64,000 bases of DNA from Desulfatiglandales bacterium (GCA_963662465.1 OY759599.1:64001-128000), one strand, 5' to 3'. Numbered from the stretch's first letter, positions 10,936 to 21,806 are shown. Notes: a model not told the origin generated them from the sequence alone. Numbers and translations: made by a program.

Positions 10936-12798
10936 GGGCTTGGTTCTAACTTCGACCACATCGCCCTAAGCGGCTAATTTCATACGCTTCCTTGGCCTTC
11001 CTGGATAGTCCATTCTATCCAAGAGAAATTTAAATATGTCGTTCGGTTTTGCTTCAAATAATCGTTCGGCTGCTGTTGTTCCATCCCGTCTTTTGACGTA
11101 ATAGTTGTGCATGATTGTAAGCGCTTTCAGATGTCGATTGCTCAGTCGATGAATTCCTTGATGGCGAAGGGCCAGTTGTGCATTCCTCCCTTCAACGCAG
11201 GAACTCGATCTTTGAAAAATCTGCGCACACTCCCGTGCGGCTTTCTCCAGTTCCTCTATTTTGGAATTCGCACTTACTCCACCGCAGTCTTCAAGACTCT
11301 GGACAACCGATAGTAACTCGCTGGCTTTCTTAAGGATTTCTGCTTTGCGATTAATATTTCGCTCCTTACCTGCTGCCAGTTTTAAATAATGGCCCGGGAT
11401 CAGATACTCGTTCATCAGCCACCTGTCAGCATCCGATAACTGCATGTTTTCAATATAAATATCGATCATCTTAAAGAAAAAGGCGATGGTGCTTACCATG
11501 TCGCCCATAACCCGTTGGGCTTTATTAACACGTTCCCTGCACCGATCTGAAAGACCCTTGGTCGCTTCATGGATTTTATCAAAGCAGCCTGACAAAAGGT
11601 GGGAAACTGTTTCACAATCCTGTTTTTGGCCGGATTTCAGGCTGTATGGATGATAGACTGTTCCGATTTCAGCCTTTGCGTCTCGAACCGTTTCGTAATT
11701 TAAGCGAGCTTGTTCTAAATCTTCTTTGACCTGCTGCTCTTCTCGTTTGGCTCGTTCAATCCTTTGTTCAAAATGCGGTCTACGTCCCCGTGGACGTTTT
11801 TCAGCGGTGTCAAATCTCTCTTTTTCGCGTTCTATATTGAGGGTTTGTTTGATCGCGTTCTCATGTTCATTTTCGGCTTTTCTTACTTTTGACATCAAGG
11901 CCCCACAAGTGCCTCTGCCGATTTCATAAATCACATGGAAACAGTCCGGTGAATGATGAACTTTCAGACCCTTCAGGGCATGACTGATCAAACTTCGGCC
12001 CTCGTCACTGGAAACCTGGATAACCTCAACCGGCAATTTGTCGAGCGCATTATAAACAGCTTCATCCCAGGTTTTGGTTTTGCGGTCCATAGCATATTTT
12101 TCAACAAGGATGAAGTTCGAAACCGGCTCGATGGCAACGAGACAGGTTTCAGGATGGAAAGTCTCGTCCTCACAAAGCGTGATTTTTTTTGTCCGCATTT
12201 GCTGAGCAAGTCTTTCACCTTCGATTTCTCCGAACTGGATGACATGATTATCCAGCTGTTCTGAAACTCTGCGTTGAGACGAATAGGATGAAGCTACAAA
12301 TGGAGACAGACCTGATTTCTCCAAAAAATCCACAACATTGTGAATGCTCGCAGTCCCATCTTTTGTAAAAGAGACATGGGCAGCCGTTATCAGCCTGTGT
12401 AAAAATGCAATTCCAGCTGGACTTTCAAAGAACTCAACCAATAAAGGGTCTGCATCGATATTGCTTTTTCTGGCAAGCCAATAGAGCAGCGTCGAACGAG
12501 GGACATCGGCTTTTTCCGAGAAATCACGCTGGCTAATGCTCTGATCCCTCGTTTCATAAGCTGAAACCAGTTTTGCTGCGGCGGCTCTTTCCCATTTATC
12601 TTTTCCCTTTGCTACGCCAAGTAATGTGTTATATGATGTTTCCAAGGCTCGATTTGGTGTTTTTTAAAGAAAATAAATCAGTTGGCACTCATTTATTTTC
12701 TACTATCAAATCGAGCTTAAATTGTCCCGCACTTTCTCGGCCGAAGTCTCTCTATTTATGGTTCCTCCTATCAAGTGGCCGAAGTTAGGACCAAGCCC
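10936..12798 (-). mobile_element. Intact-looking 1863-bp insertion sequence
   Basis: 24-bp TIRs GGGCTTGGT(T/C)CTAACTTCG(A/G)CCAC; 8-bp target duplication CTTATCCG at 10928-10935 and 12799-12806. Confidence 0.9.
10966..12645 (-). CDS. DDE transposase (DUF6399-type, Mutator/IS256-like motif order)
   Basis: N-terminal HTH, EDETF, SSDEG, PDCFH, SSSCVEGRN; sole long ORF inside the TIRs. Confidence 0.8.
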   Translation of the reverse strand: METSYNTLLGVAKGKDKWERAAAAKLVSAYETRDQSISQRDFSEKADVPRSTLLYWLARKSNIDADPLLVEFFESPAGIAFLHRLITAAHVSFTKDGTASIHNVVDFLEKSGLSPFVASSYSSQRRVSEQLDNHVIQFGEIEGERLAQQMRTKKITLCEDETFHPETCLVAIEPVSNFILVEKYAMDRKTKTWDEAVYNALDKLPVEVIQVSSDEGRSLISHALKGLKVHHSPDCFHVIYEIGRGTCGALMSKVRKAENEHENAIKQTLNIEREKERFDTAEKRPRGRRPHFEQRIERAKREEQQVKEDLEQARLNYETVRDAKAEIGTVYHPYSLKSGQKQDCETVSHLLSGCFDKIHEATKGLSDRCRERVNKAQRVMGDMVSTIAFFFKMIDIYIENMQLSDADRWLMNEYLIPGHYLKLAAGKERNINRKAEILKKASELLSVVQSLEDCGGVSANSKIEELEKAARECAQIFQRSSSCVEGRNAQLALRHQGIHRLSNRHLKALTIMHNYYVKRRDGTTAAERLFEAKPNDIFKFLLDRMDYPGRPRKRMKLAA

Positions 12799-12975
12799 CT
12801 TATCCGATATTTTCTTTCGAAACACCAAAAAGTGGCACGAAATTTGAAAAATTTTGCAAATTATATGCCAATATTTTCAGGTAGTTACGTCAATTTTTTG
12901 TTTGAACTTCGTCCCTTTTCATGATAGAATATGCGCAAAACTTGTTGATATTCCAATGAAAAGGAGTGATTCGAA

Positions 12976-13533
12976 ATGTTCATTTTAAATAACATCCTTG
13001 GCCCCTTGCAGAAAGCATTTTCATCCACTAATCTCGGCAAGGAACGAAGCCACTTGTTTACTTACGCTATTTTGGCATTCATCGTCCCTTTTACCTCCTC
13101 TATCTCTTCAAATATTTTTCGGTGCATCAATACCCTGTTTGGCCTGAATGTGAACCGGCGTCGATTCTACACATTCATGGCATCCAAAAAACTTCCATGG
13201 GATAAACTGTGGTCCATCTTGTGGAGTATGATTCCAAATCCGTTGTCGGATGGACGATTGCTGGTTGCTTTGGATGATTTTATCAACCCCAAAACAGGCA
13301 GAAAGATCTTCGGCTGTTCTCACATCTTCGATCATGCTGCCAAGACCAATCAATCTAAATATCCTTGGGCTCAGAATGTGGTTCTTATTGGGCTTTTGAA
13401 GCGCATTAAAGGACGCTGGGCATGTCTGCCTCTTGCCCACAAATTCTACATGCCGAAAAAGGCCATTGAGGCAAAGTCAGACAACATGAAGATCCCCGGT
13501 AAAGAGACCCTGTTCCAAACTAAAAAGGAGTAG
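12976..13533 (+). pseudogene. Truncated IS701/IS4-like DDE transposase
   Basis: LLVALDDFINPKTG..FDHAAK..WAQ; ends after 185 aa, directly against the next gene. Confidence 0.75.
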
Positions 13534-13536
13534 TTT

Positions 13537-14640
13537 ATGAACAAAATTCTTCTTTTTATAAAAACACCCCCTCCCACCACTGGTGCAACCCTCATGAACA
13601 AAAGAGTTCATGATAGTGGGTTAATAAAAAAATCATTTGCTATTCGATCGATTTGTATTAGTTACATGCAAAATCTAAATGAAATGGGGAAATGGAACAT
13701 TTCAAAATTATTCAAAATTATTTCAGTTTGTAAGGAATTGTTATTTGAGCTCTGGTTTTATCAGCCCGTTTTTGTTTATTTTCAATTGTCACCCCATGGA
13801 TTTGCATTTTTCCGGGATTTGTTTTTTGTAACGATTATCAAGATGTATAGAGTAAGAATACTTTTTCATATGCGCGGTAAGGGTATTAAGCACAAATCAG
13901 ATCTTAAGAAGTTGTTTTATAGATATTGTTTTAAAAATGAATATGTTATTTGCTTATCATCTCTTTTGGTAAATGATATTGAGGATGTTTACAGTGGAAA
14001 AATCTTTACTGTACCTAACGGCATACCGGATTTAACAACAGATAGTGACACAAAAAAAATAAATTCTCCTATTAGAATACTTTTTTTATCTAACCTGATT
14101 AAATCAAAAGGTATATTCGACTTTATCGAAGCTTTACAGATTCTCAATAAAAAAGGATATGAATTTGAAGGCTGGATAGTCGGCGCTGAAGCTGATCTAT
14201 CTGCAGATAACTTAAATACGAAATTAATTGATTATGGTATTTCTGACAAAGTTAAATATGTTGGCGCAAAATACGGTGAAGAAAAGAACAAAATTTGGAC
14301 GTCATGTGACATTTTAATTTTCCCAACGACAAACGATATTTGGGGCAATGTATTATTAGAAGCCATGCAGTTTAGTTTGCCTGTCATCGCAACAAATGAA
14401 GGAGCAATACCCGAGATAATAGATGATGGGGTAAATGGATATGTAATAGATCAAAAAGCACCCGATCGAATTGCCAGAAAGCTTGAAATACTTATTAGAA
14501 GCCCTGATATGATTACCAAAATGGGTGAAGCAGGCAGAAAAAAATATATAGAAAACTATACAATTGATAAATTTGAAAACAACATGAAGAATGTTTTTAA
14601 GAATGTTATTAAGGAGATAATTGAAAATAGAAATGTCTAA
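13537..14640 (+). CDS. GT4 glycosyltransferase
   Basis: FLSNLIKSKG, DIWGNVLLEAM, GAIPEII. Confidence 0.92.
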   Translation: MNKILLFIKTPPPTTGATLMNKRVHDSGLIKKSFAIRSICISYMQNLNEMGKWNISKLFKIISVCKELLFELWFYQPVFVYFQLSPHGFAFFRDLFFVTIIKMYRVRILFHMRGKGIKHKSDLKKLFYRYCFKNEYVICLSSLLVNDIEDVYSGKIFTVPNGIPDLTTDSDTKKINSPIRILFLSNLIKSKGIFDFIEALQILNKKGYEFEGWIVGAEADLSADNLNTKLIDYGISDKVKYVGAKYGEEKNKIWTSCDILIFPTTNDIWGNVLLEAMQFSLPVIATNEGAIPEIIDDGVNGYVIDQKAPDRIARKLEILIRSPDMITKMGEAGRKKYIENYTIDKFENNMKNVFKNVIKEIIENRNV

Positions 14641-15676
14641 ATCAAAAACTTTATTAATCACCGGTGGCAGCGGCTCCTTCGGCAACGCCGTCCTGCGACG
14701 TTTTTTACAATCAGATTTATTTTCAGAAATCCGGATTTTTTCCAGAGATGAAAAGAAGCAGGACGACATGCGGCAGTTTTACCGCAATGACCGGATCAAA
14801 TATTATATCGGAGATGTGCGCAGCGACCGCAGCATCAGGACTGCCATGCAAGGGGTGGATTATGTATTTAATGCGGCAGCGCTCAAACAGGTGCCCTCCT
14901 GCGAGTTTTTCCCCACAGAGGCGGTGCGCACCAATGTCATGGGGCTGGAAAACGTAATTGATGCGGCCCTGGACAGCGGCGTGCAGAAAATGATTTGCCT
15001 GAGTACGGACAAGGCAGTTTATCCCATCAATGCCATGGGCATGACCAAGGCATTGGGTGAAAAGGTTATGGTGGCCAAGTCGAGACAGCTTAACGGCAAC
15101 GGCACTTTGCTTTGCGGGACCCGGTACGGCAATGTCATGGCCTCACGGGGCAGTGTGATTCCCTTGTTTGTCAACCAGATCAAGGGAAAACAGCCCCTGA
15201 CCATAACTGATCCGAGCATGACCCGGTTCATGATGACCCTGGAAGATGCGGTGGAGCTGGTGTTGTTTGCTTTTGAACACGGCAATCCCGGTGATATTTT
15301 CGTCCAGAAAGCCCCGGCTGCAACCATTGCGGTTCTGGCCCAGGCACTTCTTGAGCTTTATGATTCGGACAACAAAATACGGATCATCGGCACCCGGCAC
15401 GGGGAAAAACTCTATGAATCACTGGTCAGCCGGGAGGAGATTGCAAAGGCAGAGGACCTGGGGGATTATTACCGGATACCGGCAGACACCAGGGATCTCA
15501 ATTACGGCAAGTACTTTTCCGAGGGTGATGAAAAAATTTCTGCGGCCGAGGAATACACCTCGCACAATACCCAGCGACTGGATGTCAAAGGAACTAAAGA
15601 ACTGCTTTTAAAACTGCAATTTATCCGCCGGGATGTGTTGGGTGAAAAAAACCAGGAAACCGTGTATGAGCCTTAA
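14633..15676 (+). CDS. fnlA: UDP-GlcNAc 4,6-dehydratase/5-epimerase (FnlA/WbjB/CapE)
   Basis: TGGSGSFG, SRDEKKQDDMR, AALKQVPSCEFFP, STDKAVYPINAMG, GTRHGEKLYE. Confidence 0.93.
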   Translation: MSKSKTLLITGGSGSFGNAVLRRFLQSDLFSEIRIFSRDEKKQDDMRQFYRNDRIKYYIGDVRSDRSIRTAMQGVDYVFNAAALKQVPSCEFFPTEAVRTNVMGLENVIDAALDSGVQKMICLSTDKAVYPINAMGMTKALGEKVMVAKSRQLNGNGTLLCGTRYGNVMASRGSVIPLFVNQIKGKQPLTITDPSMTRFMMTLEDAVELVLFAFEHGNPGDIFVQKAPAATIAVLAQALLELYDSDNKIRIIGTRHGEKLYESLVSREEIAKAEDLGDYYRIPADTRDLNYGKYFSEGDEKISAAEEYTSHNTQRLDVKGTKELLLKLQFIRRDVLGEKNQETVYEP

Positions 15677-15720
15677 GATATCTTTAAAAAACGATAAAAT
15701 ACAAAATTTTTGAGTAACCC

Positions 15721-16848
15721 ATGGTTAAAAAAATCGGAATTACCGGTCAGAGCGGTTTTATCGGCACCCATCTGTACAACACTCTGGGTCTGGAGCCAGA
15801 AAAATTTCAGCGTGTACCTTTTGACCGTTCTATCTTTGAGGATAGCGCCCGGCTTGAACAGTTTGTCTCCCAGTGCGATGTGATAGTTCACCTTGCAGCC
15901 TTGAATCGACACAACGACCCCCGGACCATCTACGACACTAACCTGGACCTGGTAAAACACCTGATTCAGGCTATGGAATCAACCCATTCCAAACCCCATT
16001 TGCTCTTTGCCTCATCCATCCAGGAGGAAAAGGAAAACCCCTATGGTCGTTCCAAAAAAGAAGGCCGAATGCTGCTTGAGCAATGGGCAGTCCAAAATCG
16101 GGCCTGTTTCACAGGCCTGATCATGCCCAACGTGTTTGGTCCATTCGGCCACCCCTATTATAACTCAGTGGTGGCCACCTTCTGCCATCAACTGACCCAT
16201 AACGAACAGCCTGAAATCGACATAGATGGAGAGCTAAAACTCATTTACGTGGCCGAGCTGGTACAAACCATTATTACCCATATCAACAATCCACAATCCA
16301 CAATCACCAATCACCAAATCCCACACACATCCACCATCAAAGTTTCCCGTTTATTGGATAAGCTCACAACTTACAAGCAGGCGTATTTTGACAGGCAGAT
16401 CATCCCGGAGATCCGAGACCCCTTTGACCGGAACCTGTTTAACACCTTTGTCTGCTATATTGATCATAAGTCATTTTATCCGGGGAAGCTTGTGCCGCAC
16501 ACGGATCAGCGGGGCAGTTTTGTGGAGGTGCTAAAACTCGACAACACCGGTGGGCAGGTGTCTTTTTCCACTACAGTTCCGGGTATTACCCGGGGCAACC
16601 ATTTCCATATCCGCAAGTTTGAACGATTTGCTGTGATCAAGGGCAGAGCCAGAATTGATTTGCGCAGGGTCGCCACAGAGGAGGTTCTGTCCTTTGAAAT
16701 GAACGGGGAAAAGCCTTCGTTTGTTGACATGCCCATCTGGTTTACGCACAATATAACCAATATCGGAGATGATGAGGTATATACCTTATTCTGGATCAGT
16801 GAATTTTATGATCCAGATAATGGGGATACGTATTTTGAAAAGGTGTAA
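15721..16848 (+). CDS. fnlB: SDR plus cupin reductase (FnlB/WbjC/CapF)
   Basis: TGQSGFIG, YNSVVATFCH, PGITRGNHFH. Confidence 0.9.
   Translation: MVKKIGITGQSGFIGTHLYNTLGLEPEKFQRVPFDRSIFEDSARLEQFVSQCDVIVHLAALNRHNDPRTIYDTNLDLVKHLIQAMESTHSKPHLLFASSIQEEKENPYGRSKKEGRMLLEQWAVQNRACFTGLIMPNVFGPFGHPYYNSVVATFCHQLTHNEQPEIDIDGELKLIYVAELVQTIITHINNPQSTITNHQIPHTSTIKVSRLLDKLTTYKQAYFDRQIIPEIRDPFDRNLFNTFVCYIDHKSFYPGKLVPHTDQRGSFVEVLKLDNTGGQVSFSTTVPGITRGNHFHIRKFERFAVIKGRARIDLRRVATEEVLSFEMNGEKPSFVDMPIWFTHNITNIGDDEVYTLFWISEFYDPDNGDTYFEKV
16282..16316 (+). repeat. Five ATC(C/A)(A/C)CA heptamers inside fnlB
   Basis: ATCAACA ATCCACA ATCCACA ATCACCA ATCACCA, encoding INNPQSTITNHQ. Confidence 0.7.
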
Positions 16849-16905
16849 TTATAGCCACAAGAAGACCCAAAAAGTGCAAAATGGTTTAAGTTGGTTAGGA
16901 ATAAA

Positions 16906-17031
16906 GACGACATATCCAGACTTGCCGATCTCATCAGAGAAACGAGTTTTGAGCTGCGTGGGTATTTACGTCATGGACATTTGGAGAAAATATATGAAAA
17001 TGGGCTGGCCCACCGATTGCGAAAACAGTAA
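16906..17031 (+). pseudogene. N-terminal fragment of a GxxExxY protein with inverted flanks
   Basis: LRHGHLEKIYENGLAHRLRKQ*; flanks 16852-16881 and 17091-17120 are inverted repeats (23/30). Confidence 0.75.
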
Positions 17032-17136
17032 ATAATCGTCGAACATCAAGTTTTTTGTATATGGGCTTTTGAAGATATTTTTTCTTGTAATTTTGTGCTG
17101 TTTGTGTCTTTTCGCGGCTAAAGAGGTTATGAAAAC

Positions 17137-18264
17137 ATGAAAGTAATGACGGTAGTAGGTACACGCCCTGAGATCATTCGCCTTTCCAGGGTCATGGCCA
17201 GGCTTGACGAACATCTGGATCATATCATGGTGCACACCGGCCAGAATTATGACTATGAGCTGAACCAGATTTTTTTTGACGAGCTGGGTATCCGTAACCC
17301 TGATTTCTTCCTGGAGAGCGCCCAGCCCGGCAGCACAGCCTGCCAAACAGTGGGTGCGGTTATCGCCAAAGTGGACGAGGTGTTGGCAGAAGTTCAGCCC
17401 GATGCCATGCTGGTGCTGGGAGACACCAACTCCTGCCTGGCTGCCTACCCGGCCAAACGTCGTAAAATTCCGGTATTTCACATGGAAGCCGGCAACCGCT
17501 GCTTTGATCAGCGGGTGCCCGAAGAGATCAACCGCAAAATTATCGACCATATCAGTGATATCAATCTTCCCTACAGCAGCATTGCCAGGGAATACCTGTT
17601 GCGTGAAGGCTTTCCGCCGGATCGAATTATCAAGACCGGCAGCCCCATGTTTGAAGTGCTGGCTCATTACCGGCCTCGCATTGAGGCATCGGATGTCTTG
17701 AACCGCCTGAATTTGAAATCGGATGATTATTTTCTGGTCAGTGTTCATCGGGAAGAAAACATAGATGATCCGGCCCAGTTTGCTAAACTGGTAGCGTGTC
17801 TGAATGCCATTGCCGATCTATATGACCTGCGGATAATCGTTTCCACCCATCCCCGTACCCGAAACCGCATCGAGACAACAGCGGCAAAGATTCATTCCAA
17901 AGTGGAATTTTTAAAACCCTTGGGTTTTCTCGATTATGTCCATTTGCAGACCCAGGCCCGGGCCACACTATCGGATTCTGGGACCATCAGCGAGGAAAGC
18001 TCAATCCTGAATTTTCCGGCCCTCAACATCCGCAACGCCCATGAGCGGCCCGAAGCCATGGAAGAAGGGGCAGTGATGATGACCGGCCTTGAGCCGGACC
18101 GGGTACTCCAGGGACTGGAAATTTTAAAGACCCAACCCAGGGGAAAAGATCGGACCTTTAGGCTGGTGGAAGATTATAATGTACCCAATGTATCGGACAA
18201 GGTTCTGCGGATTATTGTCGGCTACGCGGATTATGTTAGACGCTATGTGTGGCACAGGGAGTAA
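17137..18264 (+). CDS. fnlC: UDP-sugar 2-epimerase (FnlC/WbjD/CapG)
   Basis: GTRPEIIRLS, HTGQNYDYEL, HMEAGNRCFD, SDSGTISEE. Confidence 0.93.
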   Translation: MKVMTVVGTRPEIIRLSRVMARLDEHLDHIMVHTGQNYDYELNQIFFDELGIRNPDFFLESAQPGSTACQTVGAVIAKVDEVLAEVQPDAMLVLGDTNSCLAAYPAKRRKIPVFHMEAGNRCFDQRVPEEINRKIIDHISDINLPYSSIAREYLLREGFPPDRIIKTGSPMFEVLAHYRPRIEASDVLNRLNLKSDDYFLVSVHREENIDDPAQFAKLVACLNAIADLYDLRIIVSTHPRTRNRIETTAAKIHSKVEFLKPLGFLDYVHLQTQARATLSDSGTISEESSILNFPALNIRNAHERPEAMEEGAVMMTGLEPDRVLQGLEILKTQPRGKDRTFRLVEDYNVPNVSDKVLRIIVGYADYVRRYVWHRE

Positions 18265-18269
18265 CCTGC

Positions 18270-18689
18270 ATGGACGTAAAACTTATACCCGGTGGGCTGC
18301 ATGTGGATGAAAGAGGCATTGTCGCTTTTGTTAATGATTTTGATTTCAATGGCGTGGAACGCTTTTACACCATCAAGGCACACAAAGCAGGAGAACCCAG
18401 AGGCTGGATCGGCCACAAACGGGAGCATAAATGGTTCATGGCTCTGGTTGGCACCCTGGTGGTTGCTGTGGTGGCGCCGGATGACTGGGAAAACCCTTCC
18501 AGAGATCTTCCGGTTCAAAGATACACCCTGTCCGCTCTGAAGCCGACAGTTCTCCATGTTCCGCCTGGCTGTGCTACTGCGTCTATCATGCTCACACATG
18601 ATGCTTTGATGGGAATTTTTTCTTCCGGAAAAATTGAAACTGCAGCCGAGGACGACTGGCGGTTTGATGGGAATATGTGGGCGGTTTAG
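18270..18689 (+). CDS. Cupin sugar epimerase/isomerase (WxcM/RmlC-like)
   Basis: HVDERG, FVNDFDF, RGWIGH, LHVPPG. Confidence 0.75.
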   Translation: MDVKLIPGGLHVDERGIVAFVNDFDFNGVERFYTIKAHKAGEPRGWIGHKREHKWFMALVGTLVVAVVAPDDWENPSRDLPVQRYTLSALKPTVLHVPPGCATASIMLTHDALMGIFSSGKIETAAEDDWRFDGNMWAV

Positions 18690-18908
18690 GATGGCGGTAG
18701 GCAAATTATGGAACGATCGGATGTCCGGGATGCTGGTACGATCATCCTGACTGAGTTCGATCCTATGCCATAATGCAGTCTATTAACTTCGTCATAAAAA
18801 GATTCGAGTTTAAAAAATGTAATGGTAGGATAACGGAACGTTATCATATAGATAGTGCTTCCCAGTGGGTGCTAAAATTGACTCAAAAAATATGAAATTG
18901 GGGAATAT

Positions 18909-19715
18909 ATGGGCGGGGATACGAAACAGGTAAAAATCGAAAAAAGGAATTTTCTTGGGTTAAGTGTATCGGTGTTTGAAAAGGAGCAACTGGTTGATTT
19001 TATAATTGAAACAGTTCGTACCCGTCAAAAAGCTATCTTATACGGATACAGTTTCGGGACTTTATTTCAAATAAAAGAATACCCTGAAATATTCTTTTCA
19101 AGTGAAAAGAGTGATGTCATCGTAACCGATGGCCGGCTTTTTTACCTTTTTGCAAAATGGCATGGAATTCCACTTAAACATGATATTTCAATTCCCAATT
19201 TAGTTCTACTTGTGTTGGAGTTGGCCAACAAAGATAATTGGAGTGTTTACTTACTGGGTGCAGAAGACCATACAAATAAGTTGGCACAAGAAAATATTAG
19301 AAATAAGTATAATAATATCAAACACGTTAGTGGGCACCATGGATATTTCGGAAACGGTAAAAATGATTCTGTTATTAATGATATTAATTCGAATAATATC
19401 AATATTTTATTGATTGGAATATCCTCACCCAAAAAAGAAATTATTGCTGCGTCTTGGAAAGATGAACTAAACACCAACATTATTATTCCTTGCGGGGGAA
19501 TGATAGATGTTTTGGCAGGTCAAACAAGGCTTGTTCCAAAATGGATAAAAAAAATTGGCCTTGCTTCTGTTTTTCGACTACTTCAAGAACCAAAAAGATT
19601 GTTTAAAAGATATTTAGGTATTTATTTGTTTCTTATTTTTCGATTGATTCCAACCTATGCATACAGAGTAGTATTAAAACGTGATAAGCATTATTCTTTT
19701 ATTCACAACAATTAG
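18909..19715 (+). CDS. WecG/TagA/CpsF glycosyltransferase (GT26)
   Basis: VTDG, YLLGA, GHHGYF, GISSPKKE, QEPKRL. Confidence 0.9.
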   Translation: MGGDTKQVKIEKRNFLGLSVSVFEKEQLVDFIIETVRTRQKAILYGYSFGTLFQIKEYPEIFFSSEKSDVIVTDGRLFYLFAKWHGIPLKHDISIPNLVLLVLELANKDNWSVYLLGAEDHTNKLAQENIRNKYNNIKHVSGHHGYFGNGKNDSVINDINSNNINILLIGISSPKKEIIAASWKDELNTNIIIPCGGMIDVLAGQTRLVPKWIKKIGLASVFRLLQEPKRLFKRYLGIYLFLIFRLIPTYAYRVVLKRDKHYSFIHNN

Positions 19716-19888
19716 TTTTTCAAGGTCACAGAGTTGCTGAACATGCGTGACCTAAAGGTAGGATGGAAAAAACGGCGTGCAAGCATAATTTCCGAAAAGG
19801 TCGATATCCTCGATTTTATATCCGACTTATTGCTTCCTTATCCAGAGAGAAAGCTTCTCTCGAATAAAAATTCTTGTAGGATTTTAAT

Positions 19889-20929
19889 ATGTTAATTAAA
19901 AAGAGAAAAATACCATTAAGAGAATTAGTTTTTCTCGGATTTTTGCCTTCTTTCTTAAAGGTTTGGCTGTATAGAAACAAAGGGTATCGGATCGGGAAGA
20001 ATGTTTCCCTGGGGCTGGGGAGTGTGATTATTGGAAAAAATGTAGAAATTAAAGACAATACGAAAATTGGCTTTCTGACCCTGATAAGGGCCGGCAAAAT
20101 TGCTATTGGAAGATACGTAACTATTGGTTCTTTTATCTATATTGATACTGAGGAACTCGAAATAGGAGAGGATTCTGAAATCCGCGAATATGTATATGTG
20201 GCGGGGCTGAAGACGCCAGAATCTAAACTCAAGCTCGGAAAGAGGTGCGGGATCTTTCAGTATTGTTTCCTGAATCCAACAAAACCGATTATTTTAGGTG
20301 ATGATTGTGGCATAGGTGGGTTGTCTAAACTTTTTACTCATGGATCTTTTCTGTCCAAACTTGAAGGTTATCCTGTCGCGTTTGCATCCATCACGCTTGG
20401 TAACAACGTCTGGATACCATGGGATGTGTTCATTCTGCCAGGTGTGACTATCGGTGACAATGTCGTGGTAGGGGCGGGATCGATTATTAACAGGGACATT
20501 CCATCCAATTGTATTGCTGCTGGTAATCCTGCCAAAGTTGTGAAAGAGAATTTTCCGACAGCTTTGTCTAATCAGGAAAAGAATGCGCTACTGATGGAAA
20601 TCTTTTCTGAGTTTGAAAGTCATATGAAGCACAACCATTTTCAATTGTCTAAGACTTCAATCCCGGATGGGTTTTCTGCTATTTTTAGAAATTCAGACAG
20701 GCATCAGCTCATTTTTGTGGAAAAGTATTCAAAACTTTCCAGAACACTAGCGGACAGTGTTTTAGTCCTGAATACAAGTGATCCGAGAGCTGAAAAAATA
20801 TATCAAAGTTCAAATGTTGCTATGATCATCTCAATACCGGAAAAGGAGCGAATCGGCACGTCCCTGATAGGGGAAGAGTTTTATAGGTTTTTGTCCAGGT
20901 ATGGCATTCGCTGTGACCGGTTGGATTGA
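19889..20929 (+). CDS. Hexapeptide-repeat acyltransferase
   Basis: ILPGVTIGDNVVVGAGSII, AGNPAK. Confidence 0.88.
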   Translation: MLIKKRKIPLRELVFLGFLPSFLKVWLYRNKGYRIGKNVSLGLGSVIIGKNVEIKDNTKIGFLTLIRAGKIAIGRYVTIGSFIYIDTEELEIGEDSEIREYVYVAGLKTPESKLKLGKRCGIFQYCFLNPTKPIILGDDCGIGGLSKLFTHGSFLSKLEGYPVAFASITLGNNVWIPWDVFILPGVTIGDNVVVGAGSIINRDIPSNCIAAGNPAKVVKENFPTALSNQEKNALLMEIFSEFESHMKHNHFQLSKTSIPDGFSAIFRNSDRHQLIFVEKYSKLSRTLADSVLVLNTSDPRAEKIYQSSNVAMIISIPEKERIGTSLIGEEFYRFLSRYGIRCDRLD

Positions 20930-20930
20930 A

Positions 20931-21806
20931 ATGCTGGATTTTACGATCAAAGCATCCGAACATTTATTGAAAGCCCTGAAAGATCAGGGCTATTGTTTTT
21001 TAATTTTTCGGGAATTTGTTCAGGCTTCAGAAGAGAAAATGATCACTTTGAGGCACGATGTTGATCGCAAACCAAAGAATTCACTTGAAATTGCTCGGCT
21101 TGAAAAAAGTGTCGGCATAAGAGCCAGTTATTATTTCCGGGCTGTGCCTGAGAGCTATGATGAAGATATTATCAGAGAAGTAGAGGAAATGGGACATGAG
21201 ATCGGATATCATTATGAAACCATGGACACTTGTAGAGGCGATATTGCCAAAGCCTATGACGAGTTTTGTCGCAACCTGGAGAAATTTCGAAAAGTAGCCT
21301 CAATTGATACGATCTGCATGCATGGCAGTCCACTCTCAAAATGGGATAATCGTGATGTTTGGAAGAAATATGATTACAAAAAATTGGGCATCAAAGCTGA
21401 ACCTTTCCTTGATTTGGATTTTGATGAAGTGTTTTATCTGACGGATACGGGCAGGCGGTGGGACGGGGATCGGGTTTCGGTGAGGGATAAGGTTGGTGGG
21501 CAGAGGACAGAGGACGGAGGACTGAGGACAGAGGTCAGACGACAGATGACGGAAAACAGATCCCAGGTCTCAGGAATTGGGCATAAAGAACAGCCATTTC
21601 AGAATCTTCGGTTCCATTCCACATTTGATATTATAGAGGCGGCGGAAAAGGGGTTGTTGCCGGATAAAATGATGATTAATACACATCCGCAAAGGTGGAC
21701 TGATAACCCGGTGGCGTGGACGAAAGAGTTGGTTTGGCAGAATGTGAAGAATGTTGTGAAACGTATTGTTGTTCGTAGATTACGATCCGCAGATTACGCA
21801 GATTGA
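20931..21806 (+). CDS. Polysaccharide deacetylase-like protein with a repeat-derived insert
   Basis: LRHDVD, HEIGYHYE, MHGSPLS, YLTDTGRRW, NTHPQRW. Confidence 0.75.
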   Translation: MLDFTIKASEHLLKALKDQGYCFLIFREFVQASEEKMITLRHDVDRKPKNSLEIARLEKSVGIRASYYFRAVPESYDEDIIREVEEMGHEIGYHYETMDTCRGDIAKAYDEFCRNLEKFRKVASIDTICMHGSPLSKWDNRDVWKKYDYKKLGIKAEPFLDLDFDEVFYLTDTGRRWDGDRVSVRDKVGGQRTEDGGLRTEVRRQMTENRSQVSGIGHKEQPFQNLRFHSTFDIIEAAEKGLLPDKMMINTHPQRWTDNPVAWTKELVWQNVKNVVKRIVVRRLRSADYAD

